A stretch of 63,874 bases of DNA, filler included, from Octopus bimaculoides (Eukaryota), in assembly GCF_001194135.2 (NCBI RefSeq). It is 8 parts of 8 records of this genome, joined end to end, with 100 filler letters (N's around TTAATTAATTAA, not from the genome) between each part and the next. Parts side by side here need not be neighbours in the genome. Positions count along the whole stretch, not along the records: positions 18,421 to 36,124 come from NC_069002.1; positions 36,225 to 47,458 come from NC_068981.1; 6 more parts are not named here. The stretch is one strand, 5' to 3'. Shown here one piece after another: positions 27,030 to 39,400 of the stretch (its first letter is position 1; each line of letters starts with the position of its first letter). The position numbers and the translations under genes are program-made. The notes beneath the pieces were generated by a model. That model saw nothing but the letters and a program-made list of their open reading frames with translations. It was not told the origin of the DNA and made no database searches.

Positions 27030-28950
27030 CCTTTTTACAAACATCATAAAGATCTTGAAGGCACTTGATTGCCCGTTCTGTACTCTGATTTGTTCTGGGA
27101 ATTTTCAGTATTGAGGGTTCTCGACTCCAAAAGTCCTTTACAGAGGTCAATGTATTTTTATGAACTTGCAGGCTAACACATAACTTCTGATAATCATGTG
27201 CATTGAACATTCGGTCAGTAAACCAAAAATCTGTCCAGCTGTAAGAGATGAATCGACAAACATTAAGAAGCAAAACTCTTTTCTCTGGTAGAAGAATGAA
27301 TGCCAAAAGAGCTAGTATTCCTCCAGAATTCCATCTTGCAATTACTTAAGTTGTGTATTTTTCTGAAACTTGACAGTAGGAAATTTTCCCGTTTCTTCAA
27401 AAAAACGAAAAACTCTAGTCAAATGAAATAGAAATTTCATGTCATGTTACCATCCTGCTGATTCAGTAATCTTTTCTTCACCGTTGTTGAAATTAGCCTG
27501 GAGTGTCTCGTAATTACTTAGAAGCTCTGGGATGAATATATACTCAATATTGGGATATGATGCTGACAACCAATGAATTGCGGTTCTTTCAAACCTTTTT
27601 GAGCAAATAATCTTTGCAACTGAATGACAGTGACATTTCTTTTCCCAGTGTTCACACTTGTTGTGTCAGCGACAATCATGTTTACACAGTTCCATAAATT
27701 GTATTCATCTAAAACAACTGCATTCCTTTCACAACAGTGTCGGCTTTCCCTTTGGTAATTGGAGTGCTTCTAACTTAACTTCAGGAATCTCTCTGTTCAT
27801 TCTTTAAGACTAGCACTTGGTATTCTTGGTCATCAATACGTTTACCATCAAAATGCGATGACCAGTTTTCTAAATATAGTATTTTTTCATTTCTTTTTTT
27901 AGTTTAACGGCTTCTATGATAGTTGATCTGTATATACCAGATTGGGAAGGAGTCTCGACATTGATTCCATCTCGAGTTAATTATCGACAAACTGTTGCTG
28001 CTTTTTGGGTTGATAGCTTGGAAGATATTACTAACTTCGTTGCAGTTCTAGTTTTGCTTTACTTCCTCCCTGTTTGTGTGGATTCTTCATCCGATATTTC
28101 GGGCTCTTGATAATCAATTTCAGTCTCTGCTCTTGACGTGGACGATGACACTGGAGTAGCTCTGGTTGAAGTTGGTATTAAAGACACTTTGCTTCTTTTG
28201 GGCGGATGAATAGTTTTGGAACGGGTTGCCTTTCCAGTTGCGTACCCAACCTGTCTCTTGCTTTAAATCTGAAGACAATATAACCTTCTATCCTCACTGC
28301 ACAGGCATTCACCGTTTTCCTTTGTAATGTCAAAAATTCCTTTCAATGAATCGTATTTGCCTCATTTTACATATTTATCGTAGATATTCAGCACTTTTTC
28401 TACTTTTTCCTGTAAATTTTGAATTGATAAATATGGGAAATTTAATTTCTTTTGCCATAAAAATGATACTTCTTCCGAAATTTCATTTGTTCTTTCTTTC
28501 CTTCATTTGACGGTACCTCCAAGGAACAGGTAGCAACCGACAATTTGAAGTTTCGTTGATATTCTGCTGTTGATTTCCAAAGAAAACAACTTCTAGAGGA
28601 ACATATCTTCTTTTCCTACGTCAGTCTTGAAATTGCGCGAGATTTTTCATCCAGATTATTTTGTTTCTTTGAGTGGCACAAGCACTTCGCTTATGAGACA
28701 CGATTTTAGATAAGCCTGCTATTCTGAAAAACGGTTAATATAGTTAGAGTTTTTAGCGTCACAGAAATAAAAAGGAGATGAGGATATTTCCTAAAGTAGG
28801 GCCTAAGTGGTAACAAATTAAAAACTCTACAACTCCCAAACTACTTAAAATTAAAAGCTGAAATTTGAGATATGCTACTTCTGCATTGCATTAAGTCAGC
28901 ACACACCGAGTTTGGTAAAAACTTGAGTACGCATTATGAACATCCCCTTA
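27030..28950 (-). mobile_element. Decayed DDE DNA transposon, hATm-like
   Basis: IVADTTSVNTGK.N..QL..F..PQFIGCQHH (D..NTG, CxxH) and IPRTNQSTERAIK; N-terminal KVEKVL.IYD..FDI; many stops. Superfamily label from recall. Confidence 0.6.
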
Positions 28951-29128
28951 GAATGTTGCATGATTTCTTCAGTTGGGGGTGATGTTCTTTTTAGAAATCC
29001 TTAAAATACTATTATTTTCCTTACTTATATAAAATTATTTATCGACTTTTGATACAGGAAATTGTTTGCTTTCCAACAAAATCAAAGAGTCATAACCATA
29101 ATATATACACATACATAGATACATACAT

Positions 29129-29172
<44 letters not shown>

Positions 29173-29194
29173 TGACGTGCATATACATATACAC

Positions 29195-29243
<49 letters not shown>

Positions 29244-29621
29244 AAAATAACGTCGACCACTAACGTGGACAATTAATGCGCTAGAAATAGATCACATCTT
29301 GTGTCTATTAAGACCTAAATTGTTCTCAACATGAAATATAGCAGCATACCAAAAACGTGAGCGGGCAAGACATTTAAAATCACACGAATATATATATGTA
29401 TATATATGTGTGTGTGTGTATGTGCGTGTTGTGTGCGTGTCTGTGTCTGTGTGTATACATATATATAAATATATAATTTTGGGGAACCGTGAATCTCGAA
29501 GCAGATAGAGGAATGTAAATATTGGATTCATAAACGCTTTGTAGTGTGTTCCCATTTTTCTATTTTTAACCCAATATTTTCGCGCGATTACATATAGCTC
29601 TCTCTAAACTTATAAATTGTA

Positions 29622-29857
29622 TACGAGGTGGGGCGCGGGTGCTGAAAAGTTCCTTGATTTTAAAGGTGTCGCGAAAGTCCTGGCTGGAGAGCCCAACTTT
29701 CTGCGTTCTTTTACAGGGCTTAGAAAAACCGAAGGATCGCTGCAATGAGAGAGTGGATATGAGAGGGGAACACGTTGAATAAAATCATAATTAACTGATC
29801 CTCCTCTCTGTATTTTCTTTTACACAAATCCCAAGAAGCTTTCAACATCCCTTCCTA
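29622..29857 (+). mobile_element. Mariner-derived MITE
   Basis: TA-flanked imperfect TIRs (tacgagg..gtgctgaaaagttcc / gaagctttcaacatcccttccta); internal GLEKPKDRC..RGEHVE* resembles the mariner C-terminus. Confidence 0.7.
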
Positions 29858-30067
29858 TGTGTGTATGTATATATGTCTGTATGTATATGTGTGTGTGTGT
29901 CATTGCACACATGCTTGTATATACATGTATGTATGCTTGCATACATGTCTGTGTGTATATAAGGTCGTCCGATTACTGTAGTTTCCGAAGTGGATACTTA
30001 TTGTAGCTCAGATTTAAATCCTGCGTTTAATAAATATTTGTCTTGTTGGGGAAAATTTATCTATCTG

Positions 30068-30098
<31 letters not shown>

Positions 30099-30135
30099 GT
30101 TTGTCTGTCTGTTTGTCTGTCTGTCTGTATATCTT

Positions 30136-30363
30136 ATTTCTTTACTGCCCACAAGGGGCTCAGCATAGACGGGACAAATAAGGACAGACAAACGGATTAA
30201 GTCGATTATATCGACCCCCAGTGCCTAACTGGTACTTATTTAATCGACCCCGAAAGGATGAAAGGCAAAGTTGACCGCGGCGGAATTTGAACTCAGAACG
30301 TAGCGGCAGACGAAATACCGCTAAGCATTTCGCCCGGCGTGCTAACGTTTCTGCCAGCTCGCC
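30136..30363 (-). mobile_element. OR2-like tRNA-derived SINE with a Meta-domain-like core
   Basis: Minus strand ggcgagctggcagaaacgttagcacg..gagttcaaattccgcc..gcctttcatcctttcggggtcgattaaataagtaccag; same family at 38642 and 47670. Confidence 0.8.
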
Positions 30364-31474
30364 TATCTATCTATCTATCTTGAGTGTGTTTCCGCACAGT
30401 GACTGTCTATTAAATCCTCGAATCCGCTCACAAAGCATTGGTCGTCCCAGGACTATAGGAAAGTAAACTTAGACCAGTTGCTGTACAGTGAGATTGAACT
30501 CAAAACCACGTAAATGTAAAGCGAATATTTTAGCCACACACGATCATAACTTCGTCTCTGAGTAAAACTTATTACGTGTTGTCTATAAATAAATCTTTTG
30601 TCTGATGGAGATTTTGTTTCCATTCAAGATGGATCGCAGATCTTCTCTTATGATATATCTACAAACATGTGCTGCCGTACCCCCGTGAAATGTACCATTA
30701 AGGGTCGACTGTGTTGTTAATAATGTATGCTTTTCTTAGCAATCATTGCTTACAGTCAATTGTAATACCAGTACAGAAGAGGGGGGGGGTTGATTTCACA
30801 TGAGCAAACTTGATTCAGATACTACTCCACAAAGATGAAATACTCTTTATTGGCCACAACACATCACACTATGTGGTTGTCCTTGTAAATTAATTATCTA
30901 TTAGTATGTGTCGCGGACAAATCAACAAATAATTAAATTACAAGGCCACATTGTAATTATTCTGTCCAATTATGAATTCCAGATGCCAGTAGCATCGTCT
31001 GTTTGTTTATTCAAACGGAACTTTATATCTCATCTCTTTTTAACTACAACAACTAACGATGTGATTGGCAATTTCAAAAACACGGTAAATATAAAGTGTA
31101 TCGCCCTGCGTTGTCCAATATTGTAAATTTTCTTGGAAAAAGAAACTTTAGATTTCATTTAAACATTAAATTATCTCAGACCATCCCAAGAGAAAATGAA
31201 AGTCCAGTACTTAAAATTAATTAAATGCTTATCAATTACTAAATTACCTATGCCTGCATTGATATATCGAATCTCTTCGTGCCTAATGTTTCACCAGTAT
31301 TCACTTCATCAATAATCATTAATATTTGCTAAAATGCGAAGTCTTCTCAGTGACCATCGACAATGATGAGGAACACAACTTCTACGAAGAATGACGGTCT
31401 TGACTCCCCAGCGATTGTATAATCAATATTTCTGAATCACAACATACAGGCACGTCTTCTTTTATTCTTTTACT

Positions 31475-31585
31475 TCTATTTCAGTCATTTGATAGCGGCC
31501 ATGCTGTAGCACACCCTCGAAGGGTTTTTGTCGAAGAAATTGATCCCACGACTTAGTTTTTTTATTTCAGCCTGGTACTTATTCT
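31475..31585 (-). mobile_element. OK-like SINE tail fragment
   Basis: tttcagtcatttgatagcggccatgctgtagcac..gtacttattct. Confidence 0.6.
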
Positions 31586-31592
31586 GTTGTGT

Positions 31593-31839
31593 GGAGGCGC
31601 AATGGCCCAGCGGTTAGGGCAGCGGACTCGCGGTCATAGGATCACGGTTTCGATTCCCAGACCGGGCGTTGTGAATGTTTATTGAGCGAAAACACCTAAA
31701 GCTCCACGAGGCTCCGGCAGGGGATGGTGGCGAACCCTGCTGTACTCTTTCACCACCATTTCTCTCACTCTTCCTGTTTCTGTTGTGCCTGTAATTCAAA
31801 GGGTCAGCCTTCTCACACTGTGTCACGCTGAATATCCCC
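31593..31839 (+). mobile_element. OR1-like tRNA-derived SINE, 5' part (cut by gap)
   Basis: ggaggcgcaatggcccagcggttaggg (A box)..ggtttcgattccc (B-box-like); matches 48338-48720. Confidence 0.85.
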
Positions 31840-32290
31840 NNNNNNNNNNNNNNNNNNNNNNNNNNNNNNNNNNNNNNNNNNNNNNNNNNNNNNNNNNNNN
31901 NNNNNNNNNNNNNNNNNNNNNNNNNNNNNNNNNNNNNNNNNNNNNNNNNNNNNNNNNNNNNNNNNNNNNNNNNNNNNNNNNNNNNNNNNNNNNNNNNNNN
32001 NNNNNNNNNNNNNNNNNNNNNNNNNNNNNNNNNNNNNNNNNNNNNNNNNNNNNNNNNNNNNNNNNNNNNNNNNNNNNNNNNNNNNNNNNNNNNNNNNNNN
32101 NNNNNNNNNNNNNNNNNNNNNNNNNNNNNNNNNNNNNNNNNNNNNNNNNNNNNNNNNNNNNNNNNNNNNNNNNNNNNNNNNNNNNNNNNNNNNNNNNNNN
32201 NNNNNNNNNNNNNNNNNNNNNNNNNNNNNNNNNNNNNNNNNNNNNNNNNNNNNNNNNNNNNNNNNNNNNNNNNNNNNNNNNNNNNNNNNN

Positions 32291-32348
<58 letters not shown>

Positions 32349-32518
32349 ACACGCACACACACACACATATACTGGGGGCTTCTTTCAGTTTTCGTCTATC
32401 AAAACTGCTGAAGACTTGTGGATAACTCAGGTTACAGGTAGTAACCCCCTATATACGTAATCGCTAACAGGAATAAGGCCGAACCTTAGACAGACCAACA
32501 TGATAATAATAATAATAA

Positions 32519-32817
32519 GACCTGGAAATAGAGATAACTCGAATGTGGAGTCTAAAAACAGAAACAATTCCTATCATAGTAGGTGCCTTAGGTATAATAA
32601 AAAAATATTCAGACAAATACATAACAAAAACACCAGGACTTACAAATATATATAACATACAGAAAATTGCACTACTGGGTACTGCACACATTCTACGCAA
32701 AACACTTTCTATACAGTAAACATAAGAGCACCACAGCAAACCACAGCACATATCCAAGGCGCACAGAGCTGCGCTCGGTAGTGAAGTGAAAGCACGTTAT
32801 AAAAATAAAACTACTGA
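32519..32817 (+). mobile_element. RLE (R4/Dong-like) LINE 3' end embedded in (TAA)n
   Basis: DLEIEITRMWSLKTETIPIIVGALGIIKK..IQKIALLGTAHILRKTLSIQ* (stop 32717-32719) plus 3' UTR; same family as 16300-17295; (ATA)n on both sides. Confidence 0.9.
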
Positions 32818-32820
32818 ACA

Positions 32821-32920
<100 letters not shown>

Positions 32921-33538
32921 GAAGAAGAAGAAGAAACGAAATCCAAACCGCGCTTTCCTCTGCTATTTGATAACATTTCAACGTTGAAAGAAAATGCCCC
33001 GATCTCAGTGATTTTATATGTATAAACTGGATCAAATGATTTCACCTCGGTTGGCCTAGATACATCTCTCTGACAAACGAGAAATGAAAAATGCATAATG
33101 AATTTTATGATATTCATGACCCAACATGAAATCTAATCATAATCTATGATTATCTATGAACGTTAAACAGCAACGATGTTTTTGCAATATGGAATAGCAA
33201 TGGAAATTAACTGGTGTAAACAGTTCGTAGCTAATGGTAGATCGTGATAAAGTTACTAATATGACAAAAGAAAATATAATTAGTAATAACTGTGTAGACG
33301 ACCGTCTCTCCTGCTCCGATGATAAAGATCAATAACATTATTGGTATTGATGAATACTTCAGGTAAAATCATGTTAATAAAAAAAATTTTTTAACAAGAC
33401 ATGAATAAGAACATAAAAATATATACATGGATATGTATGAATATATGTATATATCTGTGTGTGTATGTGCGTGCGCGAGTGTGTGCGCGAGTGTGTGCGC
33501 GAGTGTGTGCTTCTATATACATGCATATGATGTTTATA

Positions 33539-33597
<59 letters not shown>

Positions 33598-33699
33598 AGG
33601 GTGATAAATTGAATATTAATTCAGTTAACCTCAATTTAAAATTAAGTGGGCTAGCATATAAAAAATCTGAAAATTCAGAAAAATCCGAAAATTCAGAAA

Positions 33700-34020
33700 A
33701 ATTGTATTACAAGCGTATAAGAAGGGATGACCACTAAGTGGACATCCGATATACTAGATATCAACGACCCAACCACAAAGAAAAATGTTCTCCAGAAAAA
33801 AATTCACCAATCACCAGAACATAAGCGGGCAAGACAACATGAAAACGTATACAGAATAAAGAATTAATCGTGTACACAACAATCGTGTATAAACAACAAA
33901 CAGGTGTATTAGTTTAACGCTCGAGCAGGTGAGAAAGTCTGTTACGTCTCGGGGCTACGCTCTTCAACAGAAAGGAACACGAGGAAGTAAACAGAGACAG
34001 AATAAAAATTCTTTTGGAGC
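33700..34020 (-). mobile_element. Second copy of the Penelope-LTR-like repeat with hammerhead-like core (33937-33974)
   Basis: Minus strand CUUU CUGUUGA A GAGC GUA GCCCC GAGAC GUA ACAG; homologous to 2790-2960. Confidence 0.55.
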
Positions 34021-34483
34021 TTGCGGTCAATCATGGCGACGTATATGTATACGTAAATATATTAATACATAAATACGTATATAGATATGCATGTATATAC
34101 ATGCATATGTGTGTGTGTGTGCGCGCGCGTGTATGTGTGTGTGTGTGTGTGTGTGAAAATGAAAGTAATACATCGGAACAACAAAAGGAAAAGAACAATA
34201 AACAGAATACATCTCGTTAACGATGAAAACTAGAATCAGCGCAGTTTCGGTATTTTTTAAGTCTGAAGATATTATCTTTATGTGTATATAACTTATGTCT
34301 TGCATCCATCTTTATTCCAGGAGAACCTCATCTTTATTCTTCATTTCAAAATGTTCGCGTTTTTCATTATTATTCACGGAAGATTTTCTGTTTGGGAGAC
34401 AAATTTCGAAAACCAAATTCATTTTTCTTAAAGAGCCTTTCAGGTCTAAGAACACATAAGTAACCACATACATTCGCATGTAC

Positions 34484-34514
<31 letters not shown>

Positions 34515-34681
34515 CAACCACTCGAGCAAACTGGGTCCTCAACTTGTTTTATTTGCCAACAGGTTTGCAGGGCACCACCAGGCCCCAAAAGACACATGCG
34601 TGTTAATATGTTAATAGAATATGATTACCGCTTTATTTTACTAAATCCTCATTTGTGTTCATGACGAGAGAATCAATCATG

Positions 34682-34754
<73 letters not shown>

Positions 34755-35427
34755 NNNNNNNNNNNNNNNNNNNNNNNNNNNNNNNNNNNNNNNNNNNNNN
34801 NNNNNNNNNNNNNNNNNNNNNNNNNNNNNNNNNNNNNNNNNNNNNNNNNNNNNNNNNNNNNNNNNNNNNNNNNNNNNNNNNNNNNNNNNNNNNNNNNNNN
34901 NNNNNNNNNNNNNAGAAATAGATGCCGAATCATCTACCCACGAAAAAAAAAATATATGTTCTCAGTAAAAATTCAGCGACACAACAGACTGTAACAGGGC
35001 AAGACAAAAGAAAAAAATACTAAATAAAAAAACGATTAACCTACGTACCATGGTTTCACCTGTTAAAATTTACACAAGTAAATATCTGCAGGATTGTCAG
35101 CGTAGTCCGTCGATTCGCAATGCAATTTCCAGAACTAGAAACAAGACGTCCACCCGAAAGGGAGCACGTGTAGAGTTATACAAATTACATTCAGTGTATC
35201 ATTTCAAATGTCTTCAATCTGGCGCGCTAAGTCCGGAAATAATTCTGCATTTAATAAATTTTTGCAGCTAATTTACCGGTTAGAGAACATTATTAAAAAT
35301 TAAAAAAATATTACTTTATATTTATGATTCACTTCTTTGAAAAGGTTTCTCAATGTCAACTTCCGGTATTGATGTAAAAACGGCGAAGTCTCTCACTCTC
35401 TCTATTGTATTGTTCGCTATTTGTATA

Positions 35428-36021
35428 CAGCTACGATAAACTACTAATATTACTAAATATTCGGTAGAAGATAGCTTTTACCGTGCTTTTATTTATACGA
35501 TTTTTTTATTCCATGTTTATCTCATTCATTGTTTGCCGTACGACCCATTAGAAAACATGGAATTTACATTCGTGCTGCCTCGCAGTGAATGAAATTTGAT
35601 CAACAGCAAATATATGTTTCTATTTTTATTCTTTATAGAATTAAGGATAACATCACTGTAATGATTTTATCAAGCGGTCAGCGTGAAATGAAAACCTTGT
35701 ATGTAATATTATATTCTATATTGATAATAATATACATAATTATCAATGTAGTATATCATATTACATACAAGGTTTTCATTTCACGCTGACCGCTTGATAA
35801 AATCATTACAGTGATGTTATCCTTAATTCTATAAAGAATAAAAATAAAAACATATATTTGCTGTTGATCAAATTTCATTCACTGCGAGGTAGCACGAATG
35901 TAAATTCGATGTTTTTTAATGAATGAGATAAACATGGAATTAAAAAAATCGTATAAATAAAAGCACGGTAAAAGCTATCTTCTACCGAATATTTAGTAAT
36001 ATTAGTAATTTATCGTAGTTG
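35428..36021. repeat. ~594-bp near-perfect palindrome (fold-back/MITE-like)
   Basis: Arms 35428-35728 and 35739-36021 are reverse complements apart from scattered mismatches and one ~20-bp indel; 10-nt loop. Confidence 0.93.
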
Positions 36022-36279
36022 CTCACACCTTCCGATATTGCAACTTTTTACTCAAAACCCTATGAATGGCGCTTCGTGAAATCTCAGGAACCAAAATGCG
36101 GAGATCATCAAAAGTGATCTACCGNNNNNNNNNNNNNNNNNNNNNNNNNNNNNNNNNNNNNNNNNNNNTTAATTAATTAANNNNNNNNNNNNNNNNNNNN
36201 NNNNNNNNNNNNNNNNNNNNNNNNGTGGTGGTGGTGGAGGTGGTGGGGGTGGTAAAAATAGTAGTGGTAGTTGTGGTTG

Positions 36280-36311
<32 letters not shown>

Positions 36312-36817
36312 AGTAATAGTAGCAGCAGTGTAGATGTGTCTTACAGTATATCAAGGCGTGGCCCTGCCTGTATTTCACAATCTGCTTAAAAGTCTTTAAG
36401 ATGGTGACCAGTTCAATGCCAGAGCTTTGCAACTGAATGAAGTTTCTGAACATAAACGATTGGGTGTAGCTAAGTCTTTATCTGGATAAAAGCACAACAG
36501 CACAACAATGGTATCAATTAATGAGAATGGACTTCCTCTTAATGACCAGGATTGGAGAGAGATTTGGCTATAATGCCTTTCTGTTTCAGCAAGAAGGAAT
36601 GAGCTTGTCAACCTCAACCTTTGTGTCACCATATTTCAGTTGAAATATCCTGATTTCGTTTCAGGTTTGAAAATAAGGAAGAATTTTGTAAAAAAATTTG
36701 TCATTATTGAGTTGATGCTTGGAACATAAATTAGCATGATATTTTGAAGAAAGGTTTTAATTTGGATCACATTAAATTTTTTGTTACCATATTTCTGCTG
36801 AAATACACTGCATCTGT

Positions 36818-37030
36818 ACTGATTAGATAAGAGAGTTCTATATTTAAGAGATGGGGAATTATGTACATTATTTACATTATTTACATTCTGACAGATATTT
36901 GTCCTCATCTTGTTTGTTGTTAACACGTTTCGGCTGATATAACCTCCAGCCTTCATCAGGTGTCTTGAGGAAATTTCGAACCTGGGTTCTCATTCCTAAG
37001 GTATTTTTCGAGGTTATTATTATTATCACT
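36818..37030 (-). mobile_element. Headless inverted copy of the hammerhead-tailed SINE
   Basis: Reverse complement of 37125-37270; hammerhead-like core at 36921-36966. Confidence 0.85.
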
Positions 37031-37046
37031 ATACCATATACCCACA

Positions 37047-37274
37047 GGCATATGGCATAGTGGTTAAGTGCATGGGCTACTAACCCCAAGATTCCAAGTT
37101 CGATTCCAGGCAGTGACCTGAATAATACTAATAATAATAACATTGAAAAATACCTTAGGAATGAGAACCCAGGTTCAAAATTTCCCCAAGACACCTGATG
37201 AAGGCTGGAGGGTATATCAGCCGAAACGTATTAACAACAAACAAGATGTGGACAAATATAAATAATGTACTCTA
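37047..37274 (+). mobile_element. tRNA-headed SINE with (AAT)n linker and hammerhead-like tail
   Basis: A box TGGCATAGTGG, B box AGTTCGATTCC, (AAT)n, then GACAC CTGATGA A GGCTG-gagggtatat-CAGCC GAAAC GTA. Confidence 0.82.
37190..37235 (+). ncRNA. Minimal type I hammerhead ribozyme-like motif (probably degenerate copy)
   Basis: Intact CUGAUGA and GAAA boxes around a perfect 5-bp helix II; minimal helix III AC/GU; the stem I 3' strand is disrupted by a 3-nt deletion relative to the copy at 56910. Confidence 0.6.
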
Positions 37275-38120
37275 CATCTGTTTCAATAAATTTGGAAACT
37301 CATAAAGAATTTAGTAAAATAACTCAGTCATTATCAAGTTGGTATTTGGAACACAAATTAACATAAAATTTTGATGGACAATTTCAATTTAGATCACTTT
37401 AACCCTTTTGTTACCATATATCTGTTAGAATACATTGCCCTTGTTTCAATTCATTTTGAAAATAACAATTAGTAAAATTACTTTGTAAATATTAAGTTGG
37501 TGTTTGAAACAAATTAATGTGAAATTTTGATAAAAGGTTTTAATTTAAATCACTTTAAAACAGGATGTTTGCATCAAAGAACCAAGAATGGTCTCAGACG
37601 GTGGGGGTGGGGGTGGGGGTTATTAAAAGAGTTAAGGATAAACAAGCAAACAAGAAAAACACCCCCAAAACAAATAGCATATTTGGTTTTGTTGAAATCA
37701 GATATTTCGGTCATATGGAAAGTTTGTTTAATAGAGAAACGAGTGGAATTTGAAGAAAAGAAATTTAGCAGTAAAAGATCTGTGATAATGTCATCAGTTA
37801 GTCTTCAGAAGAAATTGGTAATTTCAGAAAAGTCTGATTCTTATCACAACATCTGATTGAATCAATTCAAATTTATTCTTAGAAATTATTGGAATTGGTT
37901 CATTTTTGTGAATTTTATAAAATTGGAATTCAAGAGCAGCTTAGAGAAGTTGATAGGATTCAAATGAAATTTCTGATGATTTGCAATGATTTGAGCATCG
38001 GAATCGGTGAGAGTGCTTCTATGGCTTCAATCAAGTGATTCAAAATTCATGCATTGAAGAAAACATTGGACAACTGGAAAAGATTTGTAAATTTCAGGTG
38101 ACTGAAGCAAAATATATACA

Positions 38121-38175
<55 letters not shown>

Positions 38176-38208
38176 ATAAGATAGATAGATAAAACTTACT
38201 TGGAAAGT

Positions 38209-38369
38209 CTCAGAGTGGTTGGCGTTAGGAAGGGCATCCAGCTGTAGAAACTCTGCCAAATCAGATTGGAGCCTGGTGTAGCCATCTGGTTTTCACCAGT
38301 CCTCAGTCAAATCGTCCAACCCATGCTAGCATGGAAAGCGGACGTTAAACGATGATGATGATGTTGATG
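38209..38369 (+). mobile_element. (GAT)n-tailed dispersed repeat (RTE-tail-like SINE or LINE end)
   Basis: gagtggttggcgttaggaagggcatccagctgtagaaac..catgctagcatggaaagcggacgttaaacgatgatgat; copies at 39157-39400, 46690-47080 and 59148-59304. Confidence 0.75.
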
Positions 38370-38641
38370 ATTCTTTTTAACCCAAAGAGTTAGCTTAACA
38401 TCTACCTTAATTTAAAGATTATTTATATTAATGTAGACACATAAGTAATTTATAAAATATAATAAAATTTAGATATCTTTTATTGAGCTGCGAAACAATT
38501 GTCGTTAAATAAGAATTTCCAATGGTTCAATCAATTTTAACATTACTATATTTCTCTCATTATTTATAACTTTATACACTCCTTATCGTTTTCTCTTGTA
38601 TCAAACTATATATTCTATGTTTTGTAGAATAATACATTAAG

Positions 38642-38795
38642 AAGGCAGCGAGCTGGCAGAAACGTTAGCACGCTGGATGAAATGCTTAGCGGTATTTCGT
38701 CTGCTGTTACGTTCTGAGTTCAAATTCCACTGAGGTCGACTTTGCCTTTCACCCTTTCAGGGTCGATAAATTAAGTACCAGTTACGCACTGGGGT
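38642..38795 (+). mobile_element. OR2-like SINE, 5' part
   Basis: Same family as 30136-30363. Confidence 0.8.
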
Positions 38796-38810
38796 ATGTA
38801 TGTATGTATG

Positions 38811-38841
<31 letters not shown>

Positions 38842-39156
38842 ATATANNNNNNNNNNNNNNNNNNNNNNNNNNNNNNNNNNNNNNNNNNNNNNNNNNNNNN
38901 NNNNNNNNNNNNNNNNNNNNNNNNNNNNNNNNNNNNNNNNNNNNNNNNNNNNNNNNNNNNNNNNNNNNNNNNNNNNNNNNNNNNNNNNNNNNNNNNNNNN
39001 NNNNNNNNNNNNNNNNNNNNNNNNNNNNNNNNNNNNNNNNNNNNNNNNNNNNNNNNNNNNNNNNNNNNNNAAGCCAAAAGCATTTCTGAGGGTCAAAAAG
39101 ATGTTTCTATGCATATGCATATATATATTTATGAATTTTATGTATATCCTTAATGC

Positions 39157-39194
<38 letters not shown>

Positions 39195-39400
39195 CCATCA
39201 TTTAATATTCATGTTCCATGCTCGGATGGGTTGAGCAGTTTGGCAAGATCCAACAAACCTGCAGACTGCTTTGAGTACCAATGTCTGCTCTGGCATGACA
39301 TCTACAGCTGGATGCCCTTCCTGATGCCAACCACTTTACAGAGTACAGGGTGCTTTTGTTGTGGCACCAGCACTAGTGAGGTCACCAAGTGACTTGCAAG
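39157..39400 (-). mobile_element. (GAT)n-tailed dispersed repeat, diverged
   Basis: (ATC)n then tctacagctggatgcccttcctgatgccaaccac. Confidence 0.65.

Larger units (their letters stand above)
36614..37565. repeat. ~160-bp diverged tandem repeat (3 units) interrupted by a SINE composite
   Basis: Unit aacc.ttt.gttaccatatttctg.tgaaatac.. starts near 36616, 36776 and 37399; the spacing fits ~160 bp after removing the insertion. Confidence 0.7.

Noticed and set aside
31593-31670. tRNA-like sequences (also 37047, 38642, 40441, 48650)
   Set aside because: They lack a complete acceptor stem and continue into SINE bodies; they are SINE heads, not tRNA genes.
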